From the NCBI GenBank assembly GCA_951406725.2, contig OX597821.1:41106001-41170000 (forward strand): DNA of 64,000 nt. The letters are read 5' to 3'. The position numbers and the translations under genes were made by a program. The notes under the pieces are model-generated. The model had not been told where the DNA came from. It ran no database searches and saw only the letters and a program-made list of their open reading frames with translations. This DNA comes from Octopus vulgaris (taxonomy: Eukaryota). Position 1 is the stretch's first letter, and each line of letters opens with the position of its first letter. Below are positions 52,203-64,000 of the stretch, one piece after another.

Positions 52203-52780
52203 ACCATCATCATCGTTTAACGTCTGTTTTCCATGCTGGCACGAGTTGGACGGTTTGACTGGGGTCTGGAGAGCCAGGAGGCTGCACCAGACTCCAGTCT
52301 GATCTGGCAATGTTTGTACAGTTGGATGCCCTTCCTAATGCCAACCACTCCAGGAGTGTAGTGAGTACTTTTTATGTGCCATTGGCACAGGGGCCAGAGG
52401 GAGCTGGCATCGACCATGATCAGATGGTGCTTTTTATGTGCCACCGGCATGGGAGCCAGTCAAGGTGGTGCTAGTATTGGCCACGTTTGGATGGTGCTTT
52501 TTATGTGACATCGGCACAGAAGCCATCAGGGCGAGAGGGCTGGCATCGACTATCTTCGGATGGTGTTCTTTATGTGCCACCGGCATGGGGACTACAACTA
52601 CAATTTCCATTTGATTGTAATTTGATTTTATTTGATGTTGATGTACTTGACTCAATAGGTCTCCTCAAGCATGGCATGTTGCCCTACGATCCAAGGGTAC
52701 TTTTGCATTGACTGGTTATGCGACACCAGTGTAGGTTACAGCTGTGATCGCACTTTATTTGCTGGGTCTTCTCAGTCACA
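52203..52780 (-). mobile_element. SINE-like family C, longest copy, probably including a tRNA-like head
   Basis: Diagnostic blocks, plus minus-strand gagacctattgagtcaagtac / atcaaatggaaattgtagttg segment. Confidence 0.8.
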
Positions 52781-55483
52781 GAATTCTCCTTTCACAAACT
52801 TTATTTCCACAGAAGAATATTTTTTGAAGAGTTATATTTCACAATTAAAAGTAAAATAAAAATACACAGCAATCTGAACTTTGATAGTCTTTAATTCCTT
52901 GAAATGGTAAGAATGCCTCCAATACATTTGACTCTTTTGACAGCAGTTGTTTGTAAACATGATGTTCTGACTGCTGTCATTTTAACTCATCATGAAAACG
53001 GAAGCTTCCAGAATCACTTTATTCAATTAAATCAAAGAAATATTAAATTTGTTACTTTCTGTCAGTTTTTATTCTTTTACTCAACAATCAGGAAAAATAT
53101 TATACAATTAATCAAAACTGACATCGTTTCATATACAAGTGATCAGTTTTACATAGATTTGATGCTAAATAGTTTTGTGTTTCCAAAAGGTATGTAATTA
53201 ACAGAATTGTACAACTATCTGCTCTGCAATTAAACAAAATCAATTGTACTAATTGACATACTGTTTAGAATTAAAGGGAATTACAGAAACACATTTGTAG
53301 GGCAAGAACCAATCCTCCCTGATCTATGTTGTAACATTCAAATACTGCTTCTTCAGTTGAATATTCATCTCCAGAGAAAAACAAGGAGTTCCATCTATCC
53401 TTCGATCTTCTCTTCCTGGGAGGCTCATGAAGGCAGAGTCCACAGCCTCCCACCCCCACCCTAACCCCATATTGTCCTGTCAGAAGCAACAGTCATTACA
53501 TCATACACTTGGATTCCTAATCATTATCATCTGAGACTATTAATATTATCCAACCATCTTGTTCTTGGTTCAATCCTTGGCTTGAAGAATCCATCTTGAG
53601 ATTCTTTCCTATGACATTCTAACAGGGAATCTAAAATTTCAAAATTAAGCAGCTATGTAATAAGGAATTTGTTCATTGAAAGTAATTCAACAGATCTTAG
53701 GAGACTCTTTTAGTTTCTACAAAGTTCAAATTTACAAACCAAGATTTTAGTCATAAGAAAACAGAACATCTTTTAGTCTACTAATAGTAAAAACTGTGCA
53801 TTTTTAGTCTCCTAGTAGTTAATTTGGATTCACATTTAATTCACAATCTTCTGTGACCATCACTTCACTTTCCCTCTAAAGACAAATTATAGAAACTATT
53901 TTGATATTTTAAAACTTAATCAAAGTTAGCAGAGCATTGTTCATCACCTTCAGAGTCAACAAGTGGGAGAAAGGGAGGAAGTATTCTTCATATTAAAGAC
54001 ATGGATTTAATAGTATGGAATGCATTCTACTAAAGGCACCCAGGAGTCAAGTGTATGGTGTTAAACCAGGTTATGGATTAGGTCTACACCACAAAAAAAA
54101 AAGTTTGATCACACCAGTAGGCTTCTGTACAATTTCCTCTTCTATCAAAGTCTTTGGTTGACTCAAAATTTGTGGAATAAGATGTACCAAGGTGTCATAT
54201 AGTAAGACTGAACCTGAAGCCACTTCTTTGCAGACCACCCTCTTAACCCATCCAGTAATACCTCAGATATTTAAAAAATCAGTAAGTTAACATGAAATAA
54301 CTGTATCAGACAGAAAAGCTATAAACTGTACTCATTCTACCAATCTCATTATTATTGTACAACTCTATTGTTTCCACAAGGATTTACTTGCATGGTTCTG
54401 TTAAATTTACTTTTAGATTCATTGCTTTCAAACAAAATAACTAATTGGTTTGATATTGAAAATCAAGGTGCACATATTTTTAGGGCCATTTTTTTTTTGT
54501 TTTGTTATTTTTATATAATTTTCTAAAGCTGCTTATTGAACTATAAACTAATTTAGCGGAATGGAACCAAGGTGATGGACTTCACACACAAAGAATAAAG
54601 GTTCTGACATTAGAAATATGATTTCTTTGTTTTGTTCTTTTTATTCTGAAAACACAGACAAATGTTTCTTATCATTTAGACCAAATATTTGTCAAATAAT
54701 TTGAATAAATTTGGCAAATAATTAGAATAAATAGCTTTTTCTCCCAGAAATTAAATATAAATAGCACAAAAGAAATTTGATGTGTTGTAAGATGGACTAA
54801 ATATTGCTCTTATCATTATTACGATTGTTAAGGCAGCAAGATGGCAGAATTGTTAGCATGCAGGACAAAATGATGGGCAGTATTTTGTCTGCAGCTACAT
54901 TCTGAGTTCAAATTCCATTGAGGCCAACTTTGCCTTTCATCCTTTTAGTGTTGATAAACTAAGTACCAGTTGAGCACTGGGATCAATGTAATCGACTGGT
55001 TCCCTCCCCAAAACTTCAGGGCTTGTGCCTTTGGGAGAAAGGTTTATTATCCTCATTGTTGTTGCTGTTGTAAAAACAGGGAGCTGCAGAGTCGTCAGCA
55101 CACCAGCCAAAATACTTCACAGAATTTCTTCTGGTTTTACATTCTTTTCTTTCCTACTCTAGGCACAAGAACCAAAATTTCGGGGAAGAGGGTCAGTTGA
55201 TTAGATCGACCCCAGTATGCAATTGGTACTTAATTTATCGACACCAAAAGGAGGAAAGGCAAATCAACTTTAGTGGAATTTGAACTCAGAACATGAATAC
55301 AGACGAAATACTGCTGAGCATTTTGCTGGGCGTGCTAACATTTCTGCCAGCTCGCTACCTTCTCATTTTACATTCTGGGTTCAATTTCCACTGACGTCAA
55401 CTTTGCTTTTCACTGTTTTAGGGTTGAAAACATATGCACCTGTTGAGCACTGGGGTGAGTATAAGCAACTAGCCCCTTTCACC

Positions 55484-55545
<62 letters not shown>
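55484..55545. repeat. (TAG)n microsatellite
   Basis: Seen directly. Confidence 0.95.
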
Positions 55546-56458
55546 TTAAGGTGGCAAGCTGGCAGAATCGTTATCATGCTGGGAAAAATGTGTAATGACA
55601 TTTCATCTATCTTTATGTTCTGAGTTCAAATACCACCAGGGTCGACTTTGCCTTTCATCCTTTTGGGATCAATAAATTAAGTATCAGTGAAACACTGGGG
55701 TCGCTGTAATCACTAGGCTCCTCCCCCAAAATTTCAGGTCTTCTGCCTTTAGTAGAAAAAAATTATTATTATTATTATTACTAAAGTAGTGAGCTGGCAG
55801 AATTGTTAGCTCACTGAGTGGAAATGCTTAGTGGTATTTCACTTGTTATTACATTCTGAGTTCAAATTCCGCTGAGGCCAACGTTGCCTCTAATAATTTC
55901 AGGGGTCGATAGATTAAGTACCAATAAGATACCCAATAAGAAAACCTGAACTTAACTAAAGCAACACTTAACTAAAACAGTGGCACTTACGTGGCAGAAA
56001 CGTTAGCACGCCAGGCGAAATGCTTTCTGGTATTTCATCTGCTGCTACATTCTGAGTTCAAATTCCGCCGAGGTCGACTTTGCCTTTCATCCTTTTAGGG
56101 TCGATTAAATAAGTACCAGTTACGCACTGGGGTCGATATGATCGACTTAATACGTTTGTCTGTCCTTGTTTGTCCTCTCTGTGTTTAGCCCCTTGTGGGT
56201 AGTAAAGAAATAGGCACCTTTTTAAAGTTTGGCAGACTGAGCCAATGTCACAGATAAAAAAAGATTGACAGAAAAACAAAAGGATCAAAGATCCTTCTTA
56301 CACTATAGCCTCAGTAAAGCCAATTTCCTGGATTCTGTGACATCTATACAATTTTGTGCTGAATGGAATACTGGACCTTCACAAGGTAACTCGTCTTTGA
56401 GTGAAATGAAATGCTTTGCTCAAGAACATAATGTATTGCCCAGTCAAGGAATTGAAAC

Positions 56459-56875
56459 CTATTTCTTTACAGCCCACAAGAGGCTAAACACAGAGAGGAC
56501 AAACAAGGACAGAAAAACGGATTAAGTCGATTATATCGACCCCAGTCCATAACTGGTACTTATTTAATCGACCCCGAAAGGATGAAATGCAAAGTCGACC
56601 TCGGCGGAATTTGAACTCAGAACGTAACGGCAGACGAAATACCTATTTCTTTATTACCCAAAAGGGGCTAAACATAGAGGGGACAAACAAAGACAGACAT
56701 AGGTATTAAGTCGATTACATCGATCCCAGTGCATAACTGGTACTTAATTTATCGACCCCGAAAAGATGAAAGGCAAAGTTGACCTCAGCGGAATTTGAAC
56801 TCACAACGTAACGACAGACGAAATACCGCAAAGCATTTTGCCCGGTGTACTAACATTTCTGCTAGCTCGCTGCCT
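56459..56875 (-). mobile_element. SINE family B tandem dimer
   Basis: Junction gacgaaatac|ctatttc at ~56642; an opposite-orientation monomer lies at 55990-56213. Confidence 0.88.
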
Positions 56876-57834
56876 TGAACTGAAACCACAATCTTACAAT
56901 ACTGGGTGCAACCGCCTAACCACAAAACCACAAGCGTCCATGACAAAGATTGTAGTTTATGATTAATGCTAGAGTATAAAGTGTTAACCTTTCACTGGCA
57001 GAATACATCTAAATGATTCAATTAGCTGTCACTCTTCATAACGTTCTTATTGTCTCCTGTATCATATCTCCAACGTTTAACAGCGTTATTTATTACATAT
57101 ATTAAATATTTTATAGTTTCAATAAATTCCGTTGCATTACATTAAATTATGACATAAGATTATAGGCATAGACAACTCTATTCACTCTGATGCAGACAAT
57201 CATTTGTAAAGGGCTACAATTAAGTATATTAAGTTGTTAAAATAACTAAGTTATCTAATTATTTCAGAGTTGGCTCCCTTAACTTTTTTAAAGAGAGTAT
57301 TCATTAATGTTAACGACTTTTCATATCATTAGCCATAAAACTGATTAATATTTAAGTATAGATTAAAAATTACTTTTGTCCCACTACATTAATGTATCAG
57401 CTCACAATTATCTTATTATATTATTTTACTAATTATGTTTCAAATTTCCTTGGTTTGACTTTGTTATTTAAAAGTCTGTATAACCATAGCAAATACCCCC
57501 CCATCCGATGAAGAAGCAAATCTTTGTCAAGGCTGGCAAGAAGATGCCCACTGCTAGATTTGCTACCTGGAGCCTACCTGCAAAATCTCCATTGAACGTA
57601 GGCTGATGAACTTTGCTGTTGAAAAGATGTCATGACATTTATAATTTTGAGGTGAATCGTTGAAGTCATGATGCGAAAACAATATTAAGACTGTAGAGAA
57701 AATGTTAAGATATACTCAACACAGTACATTAAAAATCCTTATAAACTGAAGAGACGTGTGTGCGTGCGTGTGTTTTTTGAGACCCTCTCTCTCTATATAG
57801 ATGTGTGTGTGTGTGTGTGCGTGTGTGTGACTCT

Positions 57835-58110
57835 CTCGCCTGGCCCTCGTGCCGGTGGCACATAAAAAGCACCTTCCGTTCGTGGCCGTTTGCCAGCTCT
57901 GTCTGGCACCAGTGCGGGTGGCACGTAAAAAGCACCCACTACACTCACGGAGTGGTTGGCGTTAGGAAGGGCATCCAGCCGTAGAAACACTGCCAGATTT
58001 GACTGGGCCTGATGAAGCCTTCTGGCTTCACAGACCCCAGTAGAACCGTCCAACCCATGCTAGCATGGAAAACGGACGCTAAACGATGATGATGATGATG
58101 ATGATGATGA
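57835..58110 (+). mobile_element. SINE-like family C
   Basis: ggttggcgttaggaagggcatccagccgtagaaac ... (gat)n. Confidence 0.85.
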
Positions 58111-58254
58111 TGTGTGTGTGTGTGTGTGTGTCTGTGTGTGTATTGTTGCAACTGAAACTGAGAGCTTTTTCTCTTTGTCTCAAAATGTCAAGAGAAAAAT
58201 TCAAGATCTAGTCAAGACAGTTCACTAGGAAACCTTTTATAATTTAAGTCATGT

Positions 58255-58812
58255 GACTAGGAGCTGAAAGTTGACAAGAAGAAACAGCTGCAGTTCCCAG
58301 AAACTGTCCCCTCGACATCCCTGAGGCCAGACAGGGAATGCAGAAGCATCCAAGCAGGAAGTTCTGTTGGAACTCTCTCTTCCCAAGAAGCATCACATTC
58401 AAAAGACAAACACAAGGAGGAAATATGCTGAGCTCGTGGAATTATACCAAAGCTATGGATGGCAAGCAAAATATGATCCCATCTGAAAGGGATCACAGAG
58501 AGTTTTCCAGCCTATTCTGCTTCAGAGAATAGTATGTTTGGCACTACAGGGGCTAGTAGGCAGAATGCCATCCTGTAGGCTGTGGAGGCAGTAGAGGTTT
58601 CTTCAAGGTGGCTGTGCAGAGAGAGGTAAGAGCCCCGCAAGGGACAGTGCTGTCAGGGGTAGAGTTGATTGGACACAAGCTAGGGATTTGTCAACTTCGG
58701 GTGGACCTTCTGAATAAAGGTGTTGGATATTGAAAGACCTGGAACACGTAATGACACAAGGAAACATCACTGATGATGTGTTCGGGTGCATCACAAGATG
58801 AAGTAGAGGTAA
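58255..58812 (+). mobile_element. Decayed HERO-like non-LTR retrotransposon 3' end (RLE domain plus 3' UTR)
   Basis: D*ELKVDKKKQLQFPETVPSTSLRPD...KQEVLLELS...RRKYAELVE...EAVEVSSRWL; 3' UTR block catcactgatgatgtg resembles HERO 3' ends as I recall them. Confidence 0.7.
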
Positions 58813-58911
58813 AAATTATATATGTATGTATGCATGTGTATATGTATGTATGTATGTATGTGTATGAATGTATGTATGAATGTATGTACATATGTGCATA
58901 TGTATGTACGT

Positions 58912-59470
58912 GTGTATCCTATGAATAATGCAGTTTTTTCACTTGCATGAAGTAAAAGTCAGGTGGGGGATGGGATAAACTACCTGCATCAACTTGCTAT
59001 AAAAGCAGGTAGTAATTTTACGTTATTCATAGTGCAAATTTTGAAGAGTGCAGTTCGATTTTAACAGCTATTTTTCAAAGCTATAATGGAAATGATAAAA
59101 GAGCATATTCGGCATATTTTGCTTTACGAGTTCAATAAAAAACAACACAACAGAAAGTGCAAGGAATATTAATGCAGTATATGGGGATTGGACAATAGTT
59201 GTAAGCCAGTGTCAATTGTGGTTCCAGAAATTCCAAGCTGGTAACTACAGCCTAGAAGACAAGCCGTGTTCTGGGAGATCTGTAGAGCTCAACGAGGACG
59301 TCCTGCAAAACCTAGTGGAACAAAATCCCATCGTAACTGTTGAGGAACTAGCAGAGAAGCTTGGATTTGGTTCAACCATTCAGCGACACATGTGCCATCA
59401 GAAAAGTCAACAAATTGGGTCAATGGGTTCCTCACAAACTTTCTGAGTTTAATCATGTGCAGAGAGTGAA
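58912..59470 (+). mobile_element. Mariner transposon 5' remnant (frameshifted transposase N-terminus from 59086)
   Basis: KEHIRHILLYEF...WFQKFQAGNYSLEDKPCSGR...VEELAEKLG...QWVPHKLSE (WVPHEL-like motif). Confidence 0.85.
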
Positions 59471-59744
59471 TGGTAGGTAGATAGGTAGGTATGAAATTAT
59501 GTATGTATGAATGTATGTATGTGTGTATGTATGTCTGTATGTACGTATATATGTATGTATACATCCTATAGTTTATGTTGAACAGATGAGAAAGAGTGCT
59601 CGAAATGTTTTGAAGAGGACATTATTTTAATATTGAAACTAAAACAGTTTGTTTTGCAGCTTGGCTTTCATGCCACTGCAGCATGAACCTTGAATTGTGT
59701 GAGACAAAGAGAAAAGCTTGCAGTTTCAATCGCAATAACAGATA

Positions 59745-60152
59745 TACTCTTTACTCTTTTACTTGTTTCAGTCATTTGACTGCGGCCATGCTGGAGCACC
59801 GCCTTTAGTCGAGCAACCTCGACACCGGGACTTATTCTTTTTGTAAGCCCAGTACTTATTCTATCAGTCTCTTTTTGCCGAACCGCTAAGTGATGGGGAC
59901 GTAAACACACCAGCATCGGTTGACAAGCAATGCTAGGGGAACACAGACATACAAACACACACACATACATATATATATATACATATATACGACAGGCTTC
60001 TTTCAGTTTCTGTCTACCAAATCCACTCACAAGGCATTGGTCGGCCCGGGGCTATAGCAGAACACACTTGCCCAAGATACCACGCAGTGGGACAGAACCC
60101 AGAATCATGTGGCTGGTTAGCAAGCTACTTACCACACAGCCACTCCTGCGCC
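59745..60152 (-). mobile_element. SINE family A, full length
   Basis: Match to 5408-5822; opposite partial copy at 60358-60523. Confidence 0.9.
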
Positions 60153-60527
60153 TATATATATATATATCTTTCTAGCGTCCTGCTTTGTCTTGTTATGCCA
60201 TGTGGTCAAAGCCTGAGGATTGCATAAAGGCACCAGACATGTTATAAAATGCTATCTGATTTGTCTTCATTGCATTGAACTATTAGTAGCTCATAAAAAT
60301 ATATACTGTGTTTCTTAAATTTTATAAATTTTATTTATATTTTATATAAATTTACCACAGGCACAGGAGTGGCTGTGTGGTAAGTAGCTTGTTTACCAAC
60401 CACATGGTTCCGGGTTCAGTCCCACTGCATGGCACCTTGGGCAAGTGTTTTCTACTATAGCCTCGGGCCGACCAAAGCCTTGTGAGTGGATTTGGTAGAC
60501 GAAAACTGAAAAGAAACCCGTCGTATA

Positions 60528-60613
60528 TACTTGATCACAAAAAGTATAATAATGAATAATATATATATATATATATATATATTATTCATTATTATACTTT
60601 TTGTGATCAAGTA
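60528..60613. repeat. Perfect palindrome centred on (AT)n
   Basis: tacttgatcacaaaaagtataataatgaataat-(at)n-attattcattattatactttttgtgatcaagta. Confidence 0.9.
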
Positions 60614-60720
60614 ATATGTTTAAAAAAAATATATTTTATATTTTATTTATGATTTGATTTATGTCTATCGTTGTTTGAATTGCATAATAGTATTTTTTCT
60701 CTAATTTATATATATATATA

Positions 60721-60954
60721 CAGGGTCTTCAAAAAGTCTTTCCACAGTGAATTTTTTCATCCTGTGCATCACCTTGGCGCTACTTCTAAAGTGTTTTGGT
60801 GAACAGATTATTTTGAAAGGACTTTGGCCACCAAGATCACCTAATTTAACACCACCAGACTTTTTTTTTCTCTGAAGCAAGTAAAGGATCAGTGTACAAG
60901 AATCACCCGAAAACCATTAGATACTTACTGTGGGGAGACTCTTTGAACACCCTA
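60721..60954 (+). mobile_element. Internally deleted Tc1/mariner-superfamily element with both TIRs and TA flanks
   Basis: cagggtcttcaaaaagtctttccacagt / actgtggggagactctttgaacacccta; interior encodes WPPRSPNLTPPDFF...VYKNHPKTI. Confidence 0.85.
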
Positions 60955-61036
60955 TATACAAATATATGTGTGTGTCTGGAGAGAGAGAGACACACTTATG
61001 TAATTTATGTATATATATATATCTATATGTGTGTGT

Positions 61037-61070
<34 letters not shown>

Positions 61071-63110
61071 CTCTTTATTTTATAAGGCTTTCTAATGCAC
61101 TGTGCTTAGTATATCTTGACATTTTCTCTACATTGTTAATGCTGTTTTTACATGACTTCAAAGACTCACCTCAAAGTTATGAATGTCATGACATCTTTTT
61201 AATAGAAAAGTTCGTAGACCTATATTCAATGGAGATTTTGGTACTGAAAGATTTTTGACATGGCAAAGCAAATACAGCATGTTAGCTGCAAGAAATACAT
61301 TGGTGTGCCAAGTTTACATAGTATTAAGAAACAAAAATACCATGAAGAAATTAGCTATAGAATCTCTGTAGATTTATTGTAATCGAATTATGAAACCATG
61401 TGAAAGTAAGCAGAATCAGGAATTTTATGCCAAAACCAACAAGGTTGGCAACTGTGTAAGAACTACCTTTTCCTTCATATAATAACCTGAATAGAATATC
61501 TCTTTATGTATCTTTTCATATTTGCTCTTTCAGCAGATAAAACTTAAACTGACAAAAGATCCTTAAAATATGTTGTATTTTTATCCTATTGTTATGTAAA
61601 CAACATCTCTATTCAACCAAATATAATAATAACTGGCAAATATATATTCTAGAAATTTCAAAGTTTAATATTCTCATTCTTCATATTTTTCAAGAGTCTC
61701 TTCAGATTGTTTGTCTGTTGGGTTTTATAAACAAAAGTTTAAACACTCCATTAATGTCGAGTGAGTTCAAGAATACCTTTTATAAAGTGATGCTTTAAAG
61801 TGGTTCATTCACACAAAAGAAAATGTACTGAATACATGTTGAAGAGTATATATATTTATCAAAGGTCGGCTGAAGACTTCTTGATTCCCTTCATTTTTAT
61901 TTAGTGTTTCCGATTGTGAACATTCATATAGGAAGCATTGAGATAAATTAACATTGATAAGGAAGCATTTGAGTTGATTCTGACTGGCTGGAGGGGATCT
62001 GTGACAAGCTGCATCACTGTGGCGAATTCTGAAAAGATTCTGCAAAGTTGGGCTGTCAGATGCACAAGCTTGTCTTTCATGGTTCAGGTAATGTTTTTCA
62101 GGAGTTGTATTGCCAGATAAACCCTCCCAGTTTTGGTGAGGTGGGTAACTTTCCCCAACCATCATAGACCTTGCTTGTCTTCAGAACATCAGCAGAGCAA
62201 CAATGAATGAATCTCTTGGTAGACTTTGAACATTGTAGTCTTATTGTGTACAGAATGTGGTGCAGGAGGACACATCACTAAAAAAATAGTTTTAATCCTC
62301 TGTCAAGAAGTTCCCAATGGATTGAGAATAAAACATGTATGCTGCCAGAAATAGTTAGTGTCAATGGCGCTCCAACCAGTAGCTGACCTTAAGTGCCACA
62401 AGGGGTGAAATAAGAGGGAAGGGAGCAATGAGGATGTGTGTTAGGTAATTGTGACAAGACTGTGGTCAGATGATCCTGCAGGTGCCGAGACATTTATCGT
62501 TATAGAAGAGAGAAAAATGATCACAGTGATTGGAGCATCTGGGGCACATACAGAGGAAGAGATAAGCTGATGTAGAGAGTTGTGAAATACAAAGGAATTT
62601 GTTTCTGCAGTGGTTGCATCAATATGGAATGGTTAAGAGCCATGATGTGTTGAAAGCATTAAAGTTACTAAAAATGATGACTGCAGAGAGAGGGGGAAAC
62701 GAGACATATGTTCCTCAATATATATCAAAAAGTTGTGTGCATTTCACAAAGATGTTTGCAAACTTAGTTTGTAAAGAGTTCTATGAATTAAAGCTAATAT
62801 CTCAAAAATATTTTCATGTTAAAGCAATATTTGACACCACAGCTGATACATTTATATACTTATTTTGATTATAAAAACATAACAAACTGTTAAATTTAAA
62901 GAAAACAAACTGCATAATTCTAACTTACCAATTAAATGTGTTAATGATTGCATTCGAATATTTGATTAGGCAGAAAAAAATTGTGGTTGATTTTTTTTTC
63001 AATGGGGGGAAAAAAAATTATGATTTTGTGCTCTCTTAAATTGTTCATTACAAATCTATATTGTTTGATATTGTATACAGGGATACCTTTAAGATATTGG
63101 TTTTAAAAAA

Positions 63111-63621
63111 AGTGTGTGTGTGTATGTATGTGAGTGCATGTGTGAGCACTCACAAAGAAATATATGCATATATGTATATATATATATGCATGTATGTACA
63201 AGTATGTGTGTGTGTGTGTGTGCATGTCTGGTGTGTGTTGTGTGTGTGTCTGTGTGTATGTATGCGTCTGTGTCTGTTTGTCTGTGTGTGAGTCTGTATT
63301 GGGTGTGTGTGTGTATGTGTATGCATGTGCGGTGTGTGTTTGTGTTGGGTGTGTTGTGTGTGTGTGTGCATGTGTGTGTGTCTGTTTGTCTGTGTGTCTG
63401 TGTGTGTGTCTGTATTGGGTGTGTGTATGTGTGCATGTGCATGTGTGTGTGTATGTGTGCATGTGCATGTGTGTGTGTATGTGTGCATGTGCATGTGTGT
63501 GTGTCTGTGTTGGGTGTGTCTGTATGTATGTGTGTCTGTGTGTGCATGTGAGGGGTGTGTCTGTGTGTGTGTCTTTATTGAGTGTGTGTTGTGTGTGTCT
63601 GTATGTGTGTATGTCTGTGTG

Positions 63622-63666
<45 letters not shown>

Positions 63667-63672
63667 GTGTAT
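63111..63672. repeat. Complex (TG)-rich simple repeat
   Basis: Seen directly. Confidence 0.95.
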
Positions 63673-64000
63673 GTAATCTGAGTTTCTTTCTACTGCAAAC
63701 TTTGCAATTTTTCTATTTTTCTATTCTTTCTTTCTCACTAAATTTAACAGTTTCTTATATTTATGAACCCATTCTTCCAGGTGAGTTCAGTGGTTTTCAT
63801 CACAAACTCCTGCATCACATTTCAACTTTATAAAATAATAAATTACAAAATAATATATAGAAGCAAAAAAAAAAAAGAACGTCAAAGGTTTCTAAAAAAC
63901 AGCTGAAGCTCAAAATACAACTATTGGATGCCGAAATGATAGCAAATAATTGCAAATGAAATGTCAGATTTTAATCTGTAGATTTAATATTTTATCCAAT

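Noticed and set aside
57603-57632. CTGATGA...GAAA...GTC motif
   Set aside because: Stems I and III do not pair, and the motif is not conserved in the inverted homologue near 61200
58755-58782. GAAAC...CTGATGA in the HERO-like 3' UTR as a permuted hammerhead
   Set aside because: The spacing is too short to form stems III and I
1317-63833. Most ORF-track entries (poly-YI, poly-I/L/M/H, CVCV, HTHT and recurring SINE peptides)
   Set aside because: They are translations of microsatellites and SINEs, with no coding evidence

Overview
AT-rich, microsatellite-saturated metazoan DNA, probably octopus or another coleoid cephalopod (my recognition of the SINE families, not verified). I cannot identify a host protein-coding gene. 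Almost all ORF-track entries are translations of (AT)n, (CA)n, (TAA)n or (GAT)n repeats, or of SINEs. The window contains: one CpG-rich promoter-like island (~19.96-20.4 kb); several SINE families; LINE remnants (R4/Dong-like in (TAA)n tracts, HERO-like, RTE-like); Tc1/mariner remnants and MITEs; and a 5'-truncated Neptune-type Penelope-like element (PLE) with an uninterrupted GIY-YIG ORF. The main hidden signal is a set of at least six sequence-unrelated short elements, each carrying a minimal type I hammerhead ribozyme motif with a short, usually self-complementary stem III. Most are built as fold-back inverted repeats and sit in microsatellites. They include catalytic-core variants (U3-A8 covariant, U4C) and a tRNA-headed (Pol III box A/B) + (TAA)n + hammerhead composite that looks like a SINE mobilised by Penelope machinery. 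Repeat coordinates were read by eye and are approximate.
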